NCBI RefSeq assembly: GCF_009914755.1
Contig: NC_060926.1
From: the human T2T-CHM13v2.0 reference genome, Homo sapiens
Strand: one strand, 5' to 3'
Length of the DNA stretch: 64,000 nt
In this document: positions 1 through 19,400 of the stretch, one piece after another
How positions within the stretch are numbered: position 1 is the first letter of the stretch
How the letters are laid out: each line of letters begins with the position of its first letter
Program-made: the position numbers and the translations under genes
The notes under the pieces: model-generated
Database searches by the model: none
Told to the model about the DNA's origin: nothing
What the model saw: only the letters and a program-made list of their open reading frames with translations

Positions 1-2110
1 CGTACATGTCATATGAAAGTCTTTACTTGTTGCTTCTTGCCCATCCAGTACAATTAACATGATCTCGAACCTCAGTCCAACAGTCCTTGAAATGTCTGAG
101 TATTGCTATCCCCCAGTGAATGGTTATCCAAATAAATAGCCATAGGTCCCAGTGATTGCTTATCCAAATAAAGAGCCATTCTCTTGAGGAAAGACTAGGG
201 ATGTCATGATGATTCAGGGTCCTTCTACTGAAGGACTCTGCTGCTCTTTCAGTCAATGTGTTCTGGGTCTGAACACTGGTTCGGGTTCAGAGACTGAAGT
301 AGGAATTATGACTTTTTATTGGGCTGGCTGCTCTCAATTTCTTCTTTAATACACTTGATTTCTTTTAAGTTTTCCATTAGTACCTTTGTTGATTGTCCAT
401 GTGTCCATGCATCTTGCCCCTAGGAATGCTTTGTACCAAATATATCCATAGCTGTCTTTAGTTCAGCCCCCCTTGAATGCTACTCTAATATCTTTATTAT
501 AATTGCACTCATTTTGTCTGATGCCTAAGCACTGGCACTTAGCCTCTGTTAGTTAATATACTATAATCCAATAGTTCCCAAACTCTGCCAATATTAGAAT
601 CACTTGGTAAATTAAAAAAAAATCCTGATGCCCAGTTTGCAACCTGTCCCAATTAAACCACAATATTTGGATGGAAACCAGGCATCAATCATTTTTAATG
701 ATGCCCAGGTGCAGCAAAGTTTGTAAACTCCTGCTATAATCCATACTGCTATTTGAAGCCCAGTTTTGTAACAGAATATCCTACTACCAGACACCAGTAA
801 ACCTCTCCATGATGCTGGTATTCTGCTTACAAAAACATTGCTCATCCCTTTGGTAAGTAGTACGTCCTCCAGGTCCTCTGATGGAATGTATCCAGCTGAT
901 TGGTTTTTCATGTCTTTCATAGACTATCTGCTTACCATGCCCATTTCTCCGAGTAATTTGATTGCTTGTTCTACCATCTACAACAGCTATTCTGAAATTT
1001 CTACTTTACTTAGTGTGAGCCATCCCTTCCTCCAAACTTCTAGGAGCTATATTCCAGCAGCATGTTATTCTAATTTTCTGAGGTCCTTGCTAGGGTGTTA
1101 AAACCTGTAGTAGAGAAAACTGTTCTCCAATGATAAAATCTCCTTCATTCAACTTAATGTTCTGCACCTTTCCCCCACATTGACTCAACACCTTCAGGAT
1201 CCAGTTCCATAGATACTTTTAGTTCCTACTAGTACACATTGGCTAGGTCCTGCAGCTCCTTCAACATATCATCCCTTTTCTCCCTTAGTGTGTCCGACAT
1301 TTCTCTAGCTTGGCTATATTGTGACATGATCCAAGTTACTGGTCTGGCAGCAGGGAGAAAAGAGGTGGGTAGATCCCAGTTGGGGAGGAGAAGGAGGGCT
1401 GTGTTGTCTTGCAAGGCAGAGGCCTCTGTATTGTTTTCAGCCACAGGGGAAGTGCTCAGCTTTGAAAGGGAAAAGTAAAACCACTTCTATATGTCCAAAA
1501 GGGTGAGGAGACTCTGGGATTTCAAGGCTCTTAAGTGCATGAATCAGACATTCCTATTGCAGTCTCAGGGCCCTAGCTCTTCCTAACCATTGCCCCTACT
1601 TTGGCCAGCAGACTGGCTGGAAATGAGAATTCAACCTTCCCAGTGCTCCACGATACTTAACTGAGCCATGAACCAAAGGCTCAGCTTGTTATGCCCTTCT
1701 GGAGATCAGAGTCTTTATATGTTGCCAAAAGGCCCTTTGATTTTCACACTTTGCTTTAAATTGCTGATTAATCATAAACAACTTTTATTTGCGTCTTTCT
1801 GATGTATAGATGGCATTCCACAAAAGTGTTCAGATTGTTTAGTAATTAAAGGACAAATGTGTCTTCATAATTATTACTTTCCTCAAATCTCTTCACATCT
1901 GCGATACTGCACCCACCAGCGCATTCTCTTTCAAAGGTGTCCCATCCCAACACCAGTGAAAGTTGTAGCAATTGTACTGCTAGAGTATGCTGTGGACTGA
2001 CTATCAGTAGTACTTCAAATGTCACAGTGATGGGGTCCTCCTTGCCAAGTCAGCACTGGACTCACCTTAAAAATCTAATTTTAGGGTTTGCTTCCTTGAA
2101 CCACTCCCGG
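1..2110 (-). mobile_element. Degenerate ERVL-class internal region (ERV3-16A3-like gag/protease remnant)
   Basis: The minus strand at ~50-150 reads GACCTATGGC...CACTGGGG...CAGACATTTCAAGGACTGTTGGAC, a decayed 'FQGLLD(T)GS' aspartic protease motif region. It adjoins an LTR33-like LTR. Boundaries are approximate. Confidence 0.55.
569..733. mobile_element. MER5-like hAT-Charlie MITE
   Basis: Termini CAATAGTTCCCAAACT...AGTTTGTAAACTCCTG and internal TTAGAATCAC. Perfect 8-bp TSD CTATAATC at 561-568 and 734-741, the hAT hallmark. Confidence 0.85.
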
Positions 2111-2119
2111 CACCAGCCT

Positions 2120-2490
2120 TCCTCGTAGTTCCCTGGCAAACAGACTCCAAGAGGAGAATCACACTCATTCTTTCAGGAGGTTTATTGGCACACTCTCAGC
2201 CATGATGCTCATGAGGAAGAGAAGGAAGCAGAATTTGACAGAAGTGAAATTAAAGCACGGTTGCAACAAAGGTCTCAGCTGATCCCCAGGATCTGGTTTT
2301 GGGCTTTAGGGTAGTCCTGAAGCGAGGCATGAGGCCAAGCTTTCCACCCCTGCACTGGCCAGTTGTTAGAATTATGATGCATTTCCCTTTGGCCAAGGCC
2401 TATGCCAGGGGTGGAGCTCAGCCAGCACCATTCCCAGGACGGGAGTGAGTAAGTCCATTTTAAAGTGGGGGATCAGTCAGCTCACTTTGG
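2120..2490 (-). mobile_element. LTR33-like ERVL LTR
   Basis: Motifs GTTCCCTGGCAAACAGACTC, CAGGAGGTTTATTGG, GTTGCAACAAAGGTCTCAGCTGATCCC and GGGGGATC occur in the order of the reverse LTR33 consensus (recalled). Confidence 0.65.
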
Positions 2491-3478
2491 CCGTGGTTTG
2501 GGCTGTTAAGAGACTGATCAAGTCTTAGGTGACTCTCCAGGCCAAAAGGAATTTTAAGCCACCATGTAGTGCTATCTCCCTTACTTTGTAGCCTCTGAAT
2601 TAGGGGCACATACAGAGCAAAAGTCAGATTCCTGATTAATAATCCAGGACCCTTTTTAAAAAAATTTTATCTCATCATGCTTACACTGTATTCTGATATA
2701 TTTTGTACCATAAATATAGGAAAGTACAGGGAAAACTGAAATAATTATGAAAAAATATTCTAGCTTTTGCAGTTGCTAGGTATACTTTAATTTAGGCAAT
2801 AGACATGCTTCTAAAACACCTAAGCAAGAAACACGTTCTGAAACATCCATCTTTACTATCTAAAGAATTTCGCTAAGAGAACCAATATAAAACAAACAAG
2901 CAAAAATAAATATGAAACTGGATGCTTTAGGACACACTTTCCAACTTTATTCCAAGGACAAATCGCACCCATTCAAACCTCCTTTTCTCTATTCTTCTCT
3001 CTTCTTCTCCCCTTTGTGAAAAATATCTCCTTCAGCACTTGTGAAAACTTTAAAATTTGTGCTCCAATTTAAAATTTGATCATTGTTTGAAAGTATTTAA
3101 TTTTTTAAAGGAAAATACTTATTGGACTAATAACAATATTAGCAGTTGTTCTTTACTGTGAAACAATTGAGATAGTTGTTCTTGACACGTGGCTGAGGCT
3201 GTCTATACTGAGAGAGTGGGACTTTGATTGCAAGAAGGGGCTGCTTATGAGCACATTTTATGGCTAATAGACATGAAAAAGGGTCTAGGAAAGGACTAGA
3301 AAGCCCTCACTACAACAGAAGTTGGAACCCAAGGAGACAGATGGCCAGTGAGAAATTTCAGGCTGTGGTGGCTGTGGAATATTAGCACTGTGATGTCTAA
3401 AATTTAAGTGTCCTTTCTTACTCCTCAGTTATACTAAACCCTCTGTAAAAGATTATTATGTACACTAGATTTGTGTAG

Positions 3479-4033
<555 letters not shown>

Positions 4034-4349
4034 AAGTCACACTTTTAAGTGTTATTTTCAGGTATTGCATTTTCAGCATTAACAAACTGTTTGATTATAA
4101 AGCCCACATTTCTCCATTCATTTCCGTTGGCATCTCTTCTCTAGGAAATATTTTCTGAAAGCTGTGGCTTCCAAAATCCAGGCCGCGTGGATTATTTCTC
4201 TGTGGTCAGTATGGGCATTTGCTTGGCATTTGCTTAGCATTTGTGTGTCCCATCCCCCACCATGTGGTGAGGCCCTGTATATCTATGCATTCAACCTGAC
4301 ATCCAGCACTCCCTGTCGGGAAAGTCCAGCATGCTGGGAGGCAGCCCAG

Positions 4350-4560
4350 GCAAGTGGTAAACAGCACAGGCTCTGGAACCAGACAGCCTGTGTCCCTTTC
4401 ATCTTCTCTACTTATAAACTGCAAGCTTGAGCAAGTTACTTGACCTCTGTGCCTCATCTGTAAAAGAGAATCATAAGAGCACCTACTGCTTAGAGTGAGG
4501 ATTAGGTGAATGATAAATACAAAGTACATATAAGAACATCAGACATATAGTAATTGTTAG
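4350..4560 (+). mobile_element. MIR
   Basis: AGCACAGGCTCTGGAACCAGAC...TGAGCAAGTTACTTGACCTCTGTGCCTCATCTGTAAAA...GTGAGGATTA, the MIR core. Confidence 0.8.
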
Positions 4561-5229
4561 TTACAGTCACCACACAGAAGTTTTATGGAAATATTCGTGG
4601 AATGGATGAGAACAGGAGCAATTGCTGAGTTCCAAGGATTACATTCTGTCGCTGTGAAAACTAAGACTGGGCAGGTAGGTAGATCCACAAATATCTTAAA
4701 TGTTTGTGGATCCACAAAAATGTTAAATGAATGAAGAGATCCCTGAAGTTGAAAACTGCATCTTCCCACAGCTGTTATCACAGGACTCAGGGCTGCTACG
4801 CACAGAAAGGAGACTGCCGTGGCATGATGATGCAAGTAGCTCAGCTTCAGCTCATCTTGTTTTGATCTTATGGAATGTGCAGAGATATTACATTATTTAT
4901 TATAATCCAGAACTCTAGAAAAGTATGATGGAGAATAATATATAGTCCTTAGAGAGTAAGAGGACCACATTTTCAAATACCGTTTCCATATTCCGTAGGC
5001 CAAATTCGAGACAATCAAAATTTGGGGAGAATAGAGTATAAAAATGTGGATGTTGCAAAGAGACCTGGATTCAAATTACTCTTCTGCAATTTAAAAATTC
5101 TGCATCCTTGTGCCTATCTACCAACCTATCCCCTCATTCAGAAATGACTTAGAAGCAGCTTACAAAGTAGCATTTAAAAGAAGTCAAGGTCAAAAATGAA
5201 GGATATACTAGGAACAATTGTTGTGACAT

Positions 5230-6300
<1,071 letters not shown>

Positions 6301-7561
6301 AAATGAAAAAATGTAGAGCTTCTGTTATAATGCTTATTTTTTGGTAATGGGCTTATAGACAATGTTTTTGTTTTTTTGTTTAAATTACATTTTTTACAGG
6401 ATGCATAGGTTGCTTTAATAATCAGAAAAAATAAACTACTTCTATTTTGATAAAGCAAAAAATGCATTAACTTATAACCCAATGCTAGTTAATAAAAGTT
6501 CGTATTACTAACTTGGTTAAAAACCACAGTGGCACTAATGATTGCCACTAGTCAACAGAATCTCTTGAGTATCTTATACCCTAGCATGCATGCTCCAGTC
6601 TAGGAAAAAAAAAACAAACAAAAAAAACTTTGAGATAAATTCTGAATTTCCCAATGAAGAAGCTGCCACTCAATTACGCAGAAACGCTGTTTGGGTTCAT
6701 CTTTATTAACAGCACCATTATCCTTCTCTTCAGTCAATTTTTTTTCTCTGCACTTGCTAAGGTAGAGAACAATTCACCACAAGATAATAATTTCTTTGTC
6801 TGCAATGGGCTCCTGGGTAATGCGGCTTATTCACAAGAAATGTGAATTCACGTGAAACAGAGGAGGGAAAATCTTTAAAACCAAAATAAATACAACTTAT
6901 TTCCTGCTGGAATTTTAATCCTCTCTGCGGGGCCATTAGTACATAGCCTTGCTAGAGTCTAGTGGCGTTTGACCTAATTTGGCTGGAGTCCTGAGCTCAG
7001 AGACCCTGGATGCTGAGAAATTCTGCGGAGACCTTCTGTTTCTCATTTATACAGCTCACAAATGTGAAATTAGAGCACTTTAAACATGGGTTCAGAAACT
7101 GCATATTGAAAATTTTAAGTGCTTAGACAAGGTGATTATCATCTTATTTATTTTAACAAAATAAGAAAGATTCTTAGCATTTTACAACTCAGAAGTCCTC
7201 TGTACACTGGAATTACAGCTGAATAGTTTGCAGAGATGAGAAAGCTGACACTAATGCAATAAATTCAGTAGATTTCAGGAAAACTACTTGGTGCACACAG
7301 TATTATAATGATTGAATTTTTCAAAGTTTTGCCTTAACTGTGTGATGAAAGAATTTAATAAAGGGAAGGCTGAAAGTAACATGGCTTTTTAAAATGTAGT
7401 TTCAATTGTATTCATTTCTAGGACATTGATTGCTATGTATGTACTGAAAGGAAATTCCTCATGCCTCATGAGAAAATAAATTTTGTGTGCAACCAATCTT
7501 GGCCAACATTTATTTAGAAATGTCTGTAGCTTAGAGTCAATTCTCTATAAGAACTTACATT

Positions 7562-7886
<325 letters not shown>

Positions 7887-9618
7887 TACATTAATTTTTA
7901 GATACAAATAATTAAAGAATTAGCTTAATTTCAATTATTTTTAATGCAGCCATGCTTTCCTAATGAGCAGATTTCTTTAAAAAAATCAAGCAATTTAGGA
8001 AATCCTACAGGATAGCAAATATTTGCTAATTTAAATGTGAATAACATCTGTAGTTATTTGGAATATAAGGGAGATAATAAACAGCGCTTCCAGGAAAACC
8101 CAGAGTACAACTACTATTCAAACATAAAACTATTTTTTTAACTAAGCTGTATGCCAGTTGGTGCAGCAGATTTGGAATGCAAAGTTTGCTTGCATTTAGC
8201 TTAAAAATTTGTTTTTGAGTCAATTTTAAAATTGCCATTTTAAAATTAATATATACTCAAATAAGCTTTTTCATACTCATTGAATTGAGATGTCATTAGA
8301 AAAAAAATTTATTTTGTAAATTCTGTAAGTTTTAAAATACTTTTTTTACATTATAGATACAATGATAACTGCAAAGCTTCAAGTCAAAACAAGAATTTTT
8401 TAAATTTGCTAGGTCTGTGAAATGTGTAAGTTTGAAAAAATTTCTCCTCCTTTGCTTAAAATGTAATGTAACCTTGTTCAGCTTTTCTGAATTATACACT
8501 GATTCTAATCTTCTGGGATTTGTTTATTTGTAGCAAATACAGCTTCTTTGTTCGGAAGACAGAGTTTATAATGATTTATGAGAAACACGCAGGTTTCTAG
8601 ATCACAACACAGGGCTATTTTAATGGGTATAGATGAACTGAATTTTCTGTAAAAGCCAATAGAGATAGAGAAAGGAAAGAGGAGAGGGAGGAGATAATGT
8701 TTTATATTTTCCTGACATATATATAATTCTTAAAAAATGATTAATAATATCTGATAAGTTCCAATAGAGTGAATTGTTTATCTCCTAATTGGTACATGTT
8801 TCCATTAGCTTTGCAATAAACAGGATGTTTTTCTTTTGTCTTTCCCTCATTTGTGCATCATTGTCAGAAATTTTGTTAAACTAGCTAAAGATAAGATAAA
8901 AATGAAGTGTCTTCTCTAAGTGAACTGGCTTTGTCTTACCAGGACATCACCATTTTAAAACTGTGTTAGCCAGGATTGTTACGGTTTTGCAAACTGGGCA
9001 AAATGCCTATCCTGGTCTTTGCACCAACTGTTAGAAACCCTATCTCTTAGGGTGGAGTTACTGTGGGTGAGCCCATGCATTAATCAGCTGAAGTGGAAGA
9101 AACTTGAAATGAGCTTCGGGAGAGAGCAGTCCCATTTATTTTCAAAATGTATTAGCTACCTGCATGATGGGCACATTTCCAAACCTTCAGGAAGGAATCC
9201 TTGGACAGGGACTTTTACGAATTGATGCCCCCATGACTGGTAACTACTTTTGAGAGACCATGGTGGGGTGAGGCAGAAGCTTGACTTACTGCTGCTTTTA
9301 GCCTTCAACTGCTGGGAAAATGTACTCTGTACATAAAGAAAATACAAACATTTTTTCTGGATCATTGTAAAGCAGTAATGGTTTAATAGTTTCCTCTGTG
9401 GGTCACAGACATGCTTCACTAGAATTAAGTTTTCTGTCTACATAAGGGGCTGATGAAACTCTCTTGTTTGTATCTCTCTAGGTCTTTTCTCTCAAACTAC
9501 AAACCTCAATTAGATATCTGCCATGTACAAGGCAGTACGAGTAGATTTAAAGACAATTACACCATGGTTGCTATCCTAGAAAATGTTCACAATTTAGACA
9601 GGGAGATAAGGTAAACAC

Positions 9619-10171
9619 TGTGTTGGAGGTTCCCCAAACCACTCCCAGTTTTGGTGATTTGCTAAGAGAACTCACAGGATGCAGTATACAGTCATATTCA
9701 CTGCTACGATTTATTACAGTGAAAGGACACAAAGTAAAATTTACTAAAGCAAAAGGTGGGTGGAACAAAGTCAAGAGGCAATCACACACAAGCTTCCATG
9801 AGTCCTCTCCAGTGCAGTCACCCAGGATGTGCTTAATTTCTCCAGTGATAAATTGGGACAATGTCCCTGATATGCCTACCAGGGAAAATCATTCAGGACA
9901 CAGTGCCCAGGGTTTTCATGTGAGGTAAGTCTGGTAGGCATCCCCTGCCTAGCACATTCCAAAATCCCTGATTCCCAGAAGGAAATCAGGTGTTCAGTAT
10001 TAACTACACTGCTCACACAGTTTGGGCGCAGTGAGCCACTCTTCTCAGCTAGGAATGGTGGCAGTGTTTCTGAAATCCAAGTTTCCAGATGCCAGTCAAG
10101 GGCGAAGCTTGCAAGCAGGTTTTTCTAAGGATAGCCATTTCAGGCCTGCTATATTATCTCTTTTCTGCACA
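9619..10171 (-). mobile_element. MER77/MER21-family ERVL solo LTR
   Basis: Begins TGTGTTGGAGGTTCCCCAAACCAC, contains ATTTATTACAGTGAAAGGA, and ends TCTAAGGATAGC...CAGGCCTGCTAT...CTCTTTTCTGCACA. Confidence 0.75.
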
Positions 10172-10188
10172 AAACCATATTGTCTTAA

Positions 10189-14780
<4,592 letters not shown>

Positions 14781-15089
14781 TATTACACAAACATTGTCAA
14801 AAATATGTCTTGTACTACACGCATTTATATTATACAAACATCTATTACATATAAATATCACCTTATGTGCCAGATTGTAAAAAAATAAAATGCAAGGTTT
14901 GTCACATTGCAGCATATTGTTAATTCAGAAATTAGTTACATGTGCCCTTAATGCTTCAGAGCAAGGAGATCACCACAGTCCCTGTGCTAGAGAGGATTTC
15001 AGTCCAGAAAATGAACCTGAGATGTATTCTAAGGAATGTGAAAGACTCAGAGAGGCAAAGTGGAAGAGAGAGATCATTCTGCCTCATCT

Positions 15090-15290
15090 TCCTCCAAATA
15101 TTCTCCACACTTCTAAAGAGATCTCTTTTGATAATCCAACAAACTCAGGCATGTCACTCTCCTGCTACAAATCCACAGTTCTCCATCAGCTTGAGGATCG
15201 GATCCCATCCAAACTCCTCAGCATGGCATGCACTGTACTGATGACCTGGCTCATGTCCATCTTGAGGTCTATTTCCAACAGCACTACCTT
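15090..15290 (+). mobile_element. L2 fragment
   Basis: CATGTCACTCTCCTGCT...CCAAACTCCTCAGCATGGCAT...ATGACCTGGC, typical of the L2 3' region. Confidence 0.6.
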
Positions 15291-15654
15291 CACTTCCTGA
15301 ATTATCGATAAGTCAACATGCCCAGTCAGCAGCCCTGCCTGGGCCCTGCTCAGAGCATCAGTGTGCCAGCCTTCAGGCTGTGGAGCCTGGGAAGGCAGGA
15401 AAAACAAAGCTGCCAAGTCAGAATTCTTGGTAGGAAGTGAGACAGATTATCTAACAAGGAATTCAGAATGGCATCAAAAGAGACAATGAGTCCCACAATG
15501 TGGGCCTCTAGAGAGAATTCTGGCTCAGAGGATTTTAACAGGAACCTCATTAATAAAACGAGCGTACTGGAGGAGGGTGGAGATATGAGCCAAAAGGTCA
15601 ATTCAAAAGCTCCTATTCCAGGTCAGCACAGCAAAGCCATTCAAACCCAGAGAG

Positions 15655-15855
15655 TGAGGCAGTGTAGCCCAGTGGCTAAGAGCACAATTTCCAAGACTCT
15701 GAACTCTACCTTTCCACTGTAATGACTATGCTATGTTGGGCAAGTAATTAACCTTTCAAAGCCTCAATTTTTAATCTGTGTAGTGATTAAATGCAATAAT
15801 ACATATGAAACTATTAACACAATGGTTGGCAAATGGCAAGTTCTGAGTAAATGAT
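15655..15855 (+). mobile_element. MIR
   Basis: GAGGCAGTGTAGCCCAGTGGCTAAGAGCAC...TTGGGCAAGTAATTAACCT...GATTAAATG. Confidence 0.75.
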
Positions 15856-16469
15856 GTCCGCAAGTGTTAAGAAAAGTAACTGAAGCAACTTGAGTACTTC
15901 TTTACTCTAGAAGGGTCATTTGAAAGGTGGGAAGTTCCTAAACTCACCTGTGGAGAATGGGATAATGTAGCAGTCAAATGAATTAAAGTCATGTCTAGAT
16001 GATGTAAAACTAGAAACAGTGAACAAGAAACGATGGGCTACAAAAGCTTGGATGAATCCCTTTACCTCTCTGGACCTCAGTTTCTTGTTTGTTTAGTTTT
16101 TTACCTATAAACCTGGATTTGATGATATTTTACAAAGCTTCCAGCTCTAACATGTTATGACTCTACAAAAAGAGATGGATTGTTGAATTATGACAAGAGT
16201 ACTCTTTCATTTTATATGACCTTAGCAAAGAATGATGCCCTCAAATGATCTGACATTTTCCAGTTCTAACTTGCTTCATTAATTTAGGATTGAAGCAATA
16301 ACATGATTGACAGTGAAATTGAAATTGAAATTAGCACATAAATTATACAGAAATGTGTTAATTTGGTATAGCAAAGTTTGGGATAATAGTTTTGCTGGAG
16401 AATATTTATGCAGTGGTTAAAAGCATACTGAATCACTTCTAAAGAGGGTATTTTCAATAAAAGGATGTC

Positions 16470-19400
16470 TAGGAAATGACTTCAACAGGATGATGAGATG
16501 AGAACTTATTATTGTCATCCCTCTGCAGAAGTATCAATCTTGACAACTACTCACACATAGAGTGCCATTGTGGGAGTCCAGGAGTCCAGTAGAGAAATTC
16601 CAGAACACTGTTGGAGCAAAACATTGAAGAATAGATACATTGAAGAGGGTAAAAAGAACATTTTCACTTTACCTGCATTACATGTCCCCCAAGGTGGCTC
16701 TGTTGAGTGCCAAGAGAGAACTCTTTGACCTACAATTTCTCTGACAGGGGAAAGTGAGAGCATAGTGAGTGAGTACTCAGCTTCCCCAGATGTGTGGAAC
16801 ACTGCCCAAGAGGCCCAATGTTTTTTCTCATCTTATCCAGGAAACTGAGCATGAATTAGGAGATGCTGGGTACAGGACAGACAGGACAGAAACCCTAACT
16901 TCTCCACCAACTCCATCAGGAAGCTCACTCACAAGCCACTTGGGGCACCTCACCCGTGGACCCTCCAACTGGCCCATAGGCACTCCAAATATTTTATATG
17001 TCTCACTTCCTCTGCCCCCAGCCTGGTTCCTCAAGTGTAACTTCCCTGAAATTACATTTATATCTTGTAAAGCTAGAACAATGAACAAGGAACAATTGTT
17101 CCCTGAGTGTGTTCTCATGAATGGTGAGTGCAAGTATCTTATATAGACACCCAACTCAGCTCTGTGGGATTGGAAAAAGCCACACAAACTTAAGGATTTC
17201 AAGACACCACTGGGGAAAGCAAACAGGAGGCTGTCAACACCTGGCTTGGCTTTTTATGACCTAAAGAAGACAGAGAATCTAAAGAATTAATCCCCAAGAG
17301 GGAACAAGAGGTATGCAGCAGGTACACTCATAGAAAAGATGTGAGCTAGTCTCAGCATCCCTAGCTGGGCTAATTGGTGAAGATGTTTCTCTCCTGAATC
17401 CAGTCAGTAAAAACTGAAGGAGATGACTACTTCTTCAAACATGAAGATAGCAATGTAAGACTTTAAGGAACATGAAAAATCAATGGAAGAGGATACCATC
17501 TAAGAGGCAAAATAATATTTAAGTAATTACTCCCACAGAGGTGGAGATCAAGAAACTGCCTGACCAAAAGTTAAATATAATTGTTTTAGGGAAACTCAGT
17601 GAGCTAGATGAGAACACCAATAGACATCTCAACAAAATTAAAAAAACACATCAAAAGTAAAAGGTTTAGTAAAAAGATATAAAAAAATCAGAAATTTTTG
17701 AGCTGAAGAATGCAATGGATTAATATGAAAAATGCAATAGAACATCAACAGCTGACGTGATCAAATAGAAGAATCTGTGAACTTGAAGATAGGTCACTTG
17801 TATTCCATCAGAGGAGAAAATAGAAAAGAGAATGAAAAAGAATGAAGAAAGATTATTGGATTTATGATACACCATCAACAAAGCTAACTTTTACATTATG
17901 AGTATTCCAGAAAGATAAGGAATAGATAAAGGGGCAGAAAGCTTATTTAAAGAAATAATGGATTAAAACTTCCCAAATCTGGGGAAAGATATTGACATCC
18001 AGGTATATGAAGCTTAAAAGCCTCTAAATAGATTCAACTTTTAAGAAGCCTTGATGGGATATATTATAATCAAAGTGTCCAAAATCAAAGGCAAAGAGAA
18101 TTTTGAAAACAGCAAAGGAAGGTGGCTTATAACATACAATGAAAGCTTCATTAGGCTAGCAACAGACTTTTTTTAAGCAGAAATTTTGCAGTATGGGAAA
18201 GTGAGACGATATATTCAAAGTGCTACAGGTTAACAAATTGACAATCAAAAATACTTTATCTGACAAAGCTGTCCTTCAGAAATAAAGGAGAGATAAAGAC
18301 ATTCCCAGACAAATAATACATGCCAAGGGGTTCATCACTACTGGACATGCCTTATAAGAAATGCTACAGGGTATTGTTCAGGCTGAAATAAAAGAATGTT
18401 AATTAGTACCATGAAAACATATGAAAGTTTAAAACTCACTAGTAAAGATAAGTATATAGTCAAATTCAGAGCACTCTAATACTGTAATGGTGGTATGTAA
18501 ATTTTATTTGGGATGATGAAAATGTTTTGAAAATGAATAGTGGTGATGGTTTTGCAACATTGTTAATGCATTTGATGCCACTGAATTTGAATAGTCAATA
18601 ATTATTAAAATTAGAATTTTATGTATATTATACCACAATAAAACACTAAAAAAAAACTTGTAACTCTAGTATAAAAATTAAAAGCAAAAAGTATCCAAAA
18701 TAACCATTAGCTGCAGTAATTTGTTGAATACACAATATAAAAAGATGTAAATTGTGACATCAAAAACATAAAATATGGGGAAGAGGAGGATTAAAAGTGT
18801 AGTTTTGGGATGAGATAAAAAAGTTATTAGATTAAAATAGACTGTTATAACTATATGATAGCTTCTGTAAGCCTCACTGTAACCACAAAGCAAAAACATA
18901 TAGAGGCACAAAAGATAAAGAGAAAGGAATCAATGCATACCACTACAGAAAATTATCAAAATACAAAGACAGCAAAAGAAGAAAAAAAGAACAAAGGATT
19001 TACAATACAGCCAGAAAACACTAAACAAAATGACGATACTAAGTTCTTATCTTTCAATCATTACATTACATGTGTATTGATTAACTTCTCTCATCTAAAG
19101 GCATGAAGTGGCTGTATGGAAAAAAATAAGACAACACTCAACTATATGTTGCCAATAAGAGACTCAGCTGAGCTTTAAGACCACATATAAAATGACAGTG
19201 AAAGGATAGAAAAAATATCCTATGAAAATGGAAACCAAAAGAAATCAGGGGTAGGAATATAAGTATCAGACAAAAATATTTTAAGTCCAAAACTGTCACA
19301 AAAGACAAATAAGGCTATCGTATAATTATAAAGGGGTAAATTTATCATGAGGATAGAACAATTATAAGTATATATGTATCTAACATTGGAGTAACTAAAT

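Noticed and set aside
112-179. 36-bp-period tandem duplication (29/32 identical)
   Set aside because: An ordinary slippage duplication inside a dead ERVL remnant.
14890-15722. Overlapping 76-136-aa ORFs
   Set aside because: They overlap L2/MIR remnants and show no recognisable domain or splice structure.
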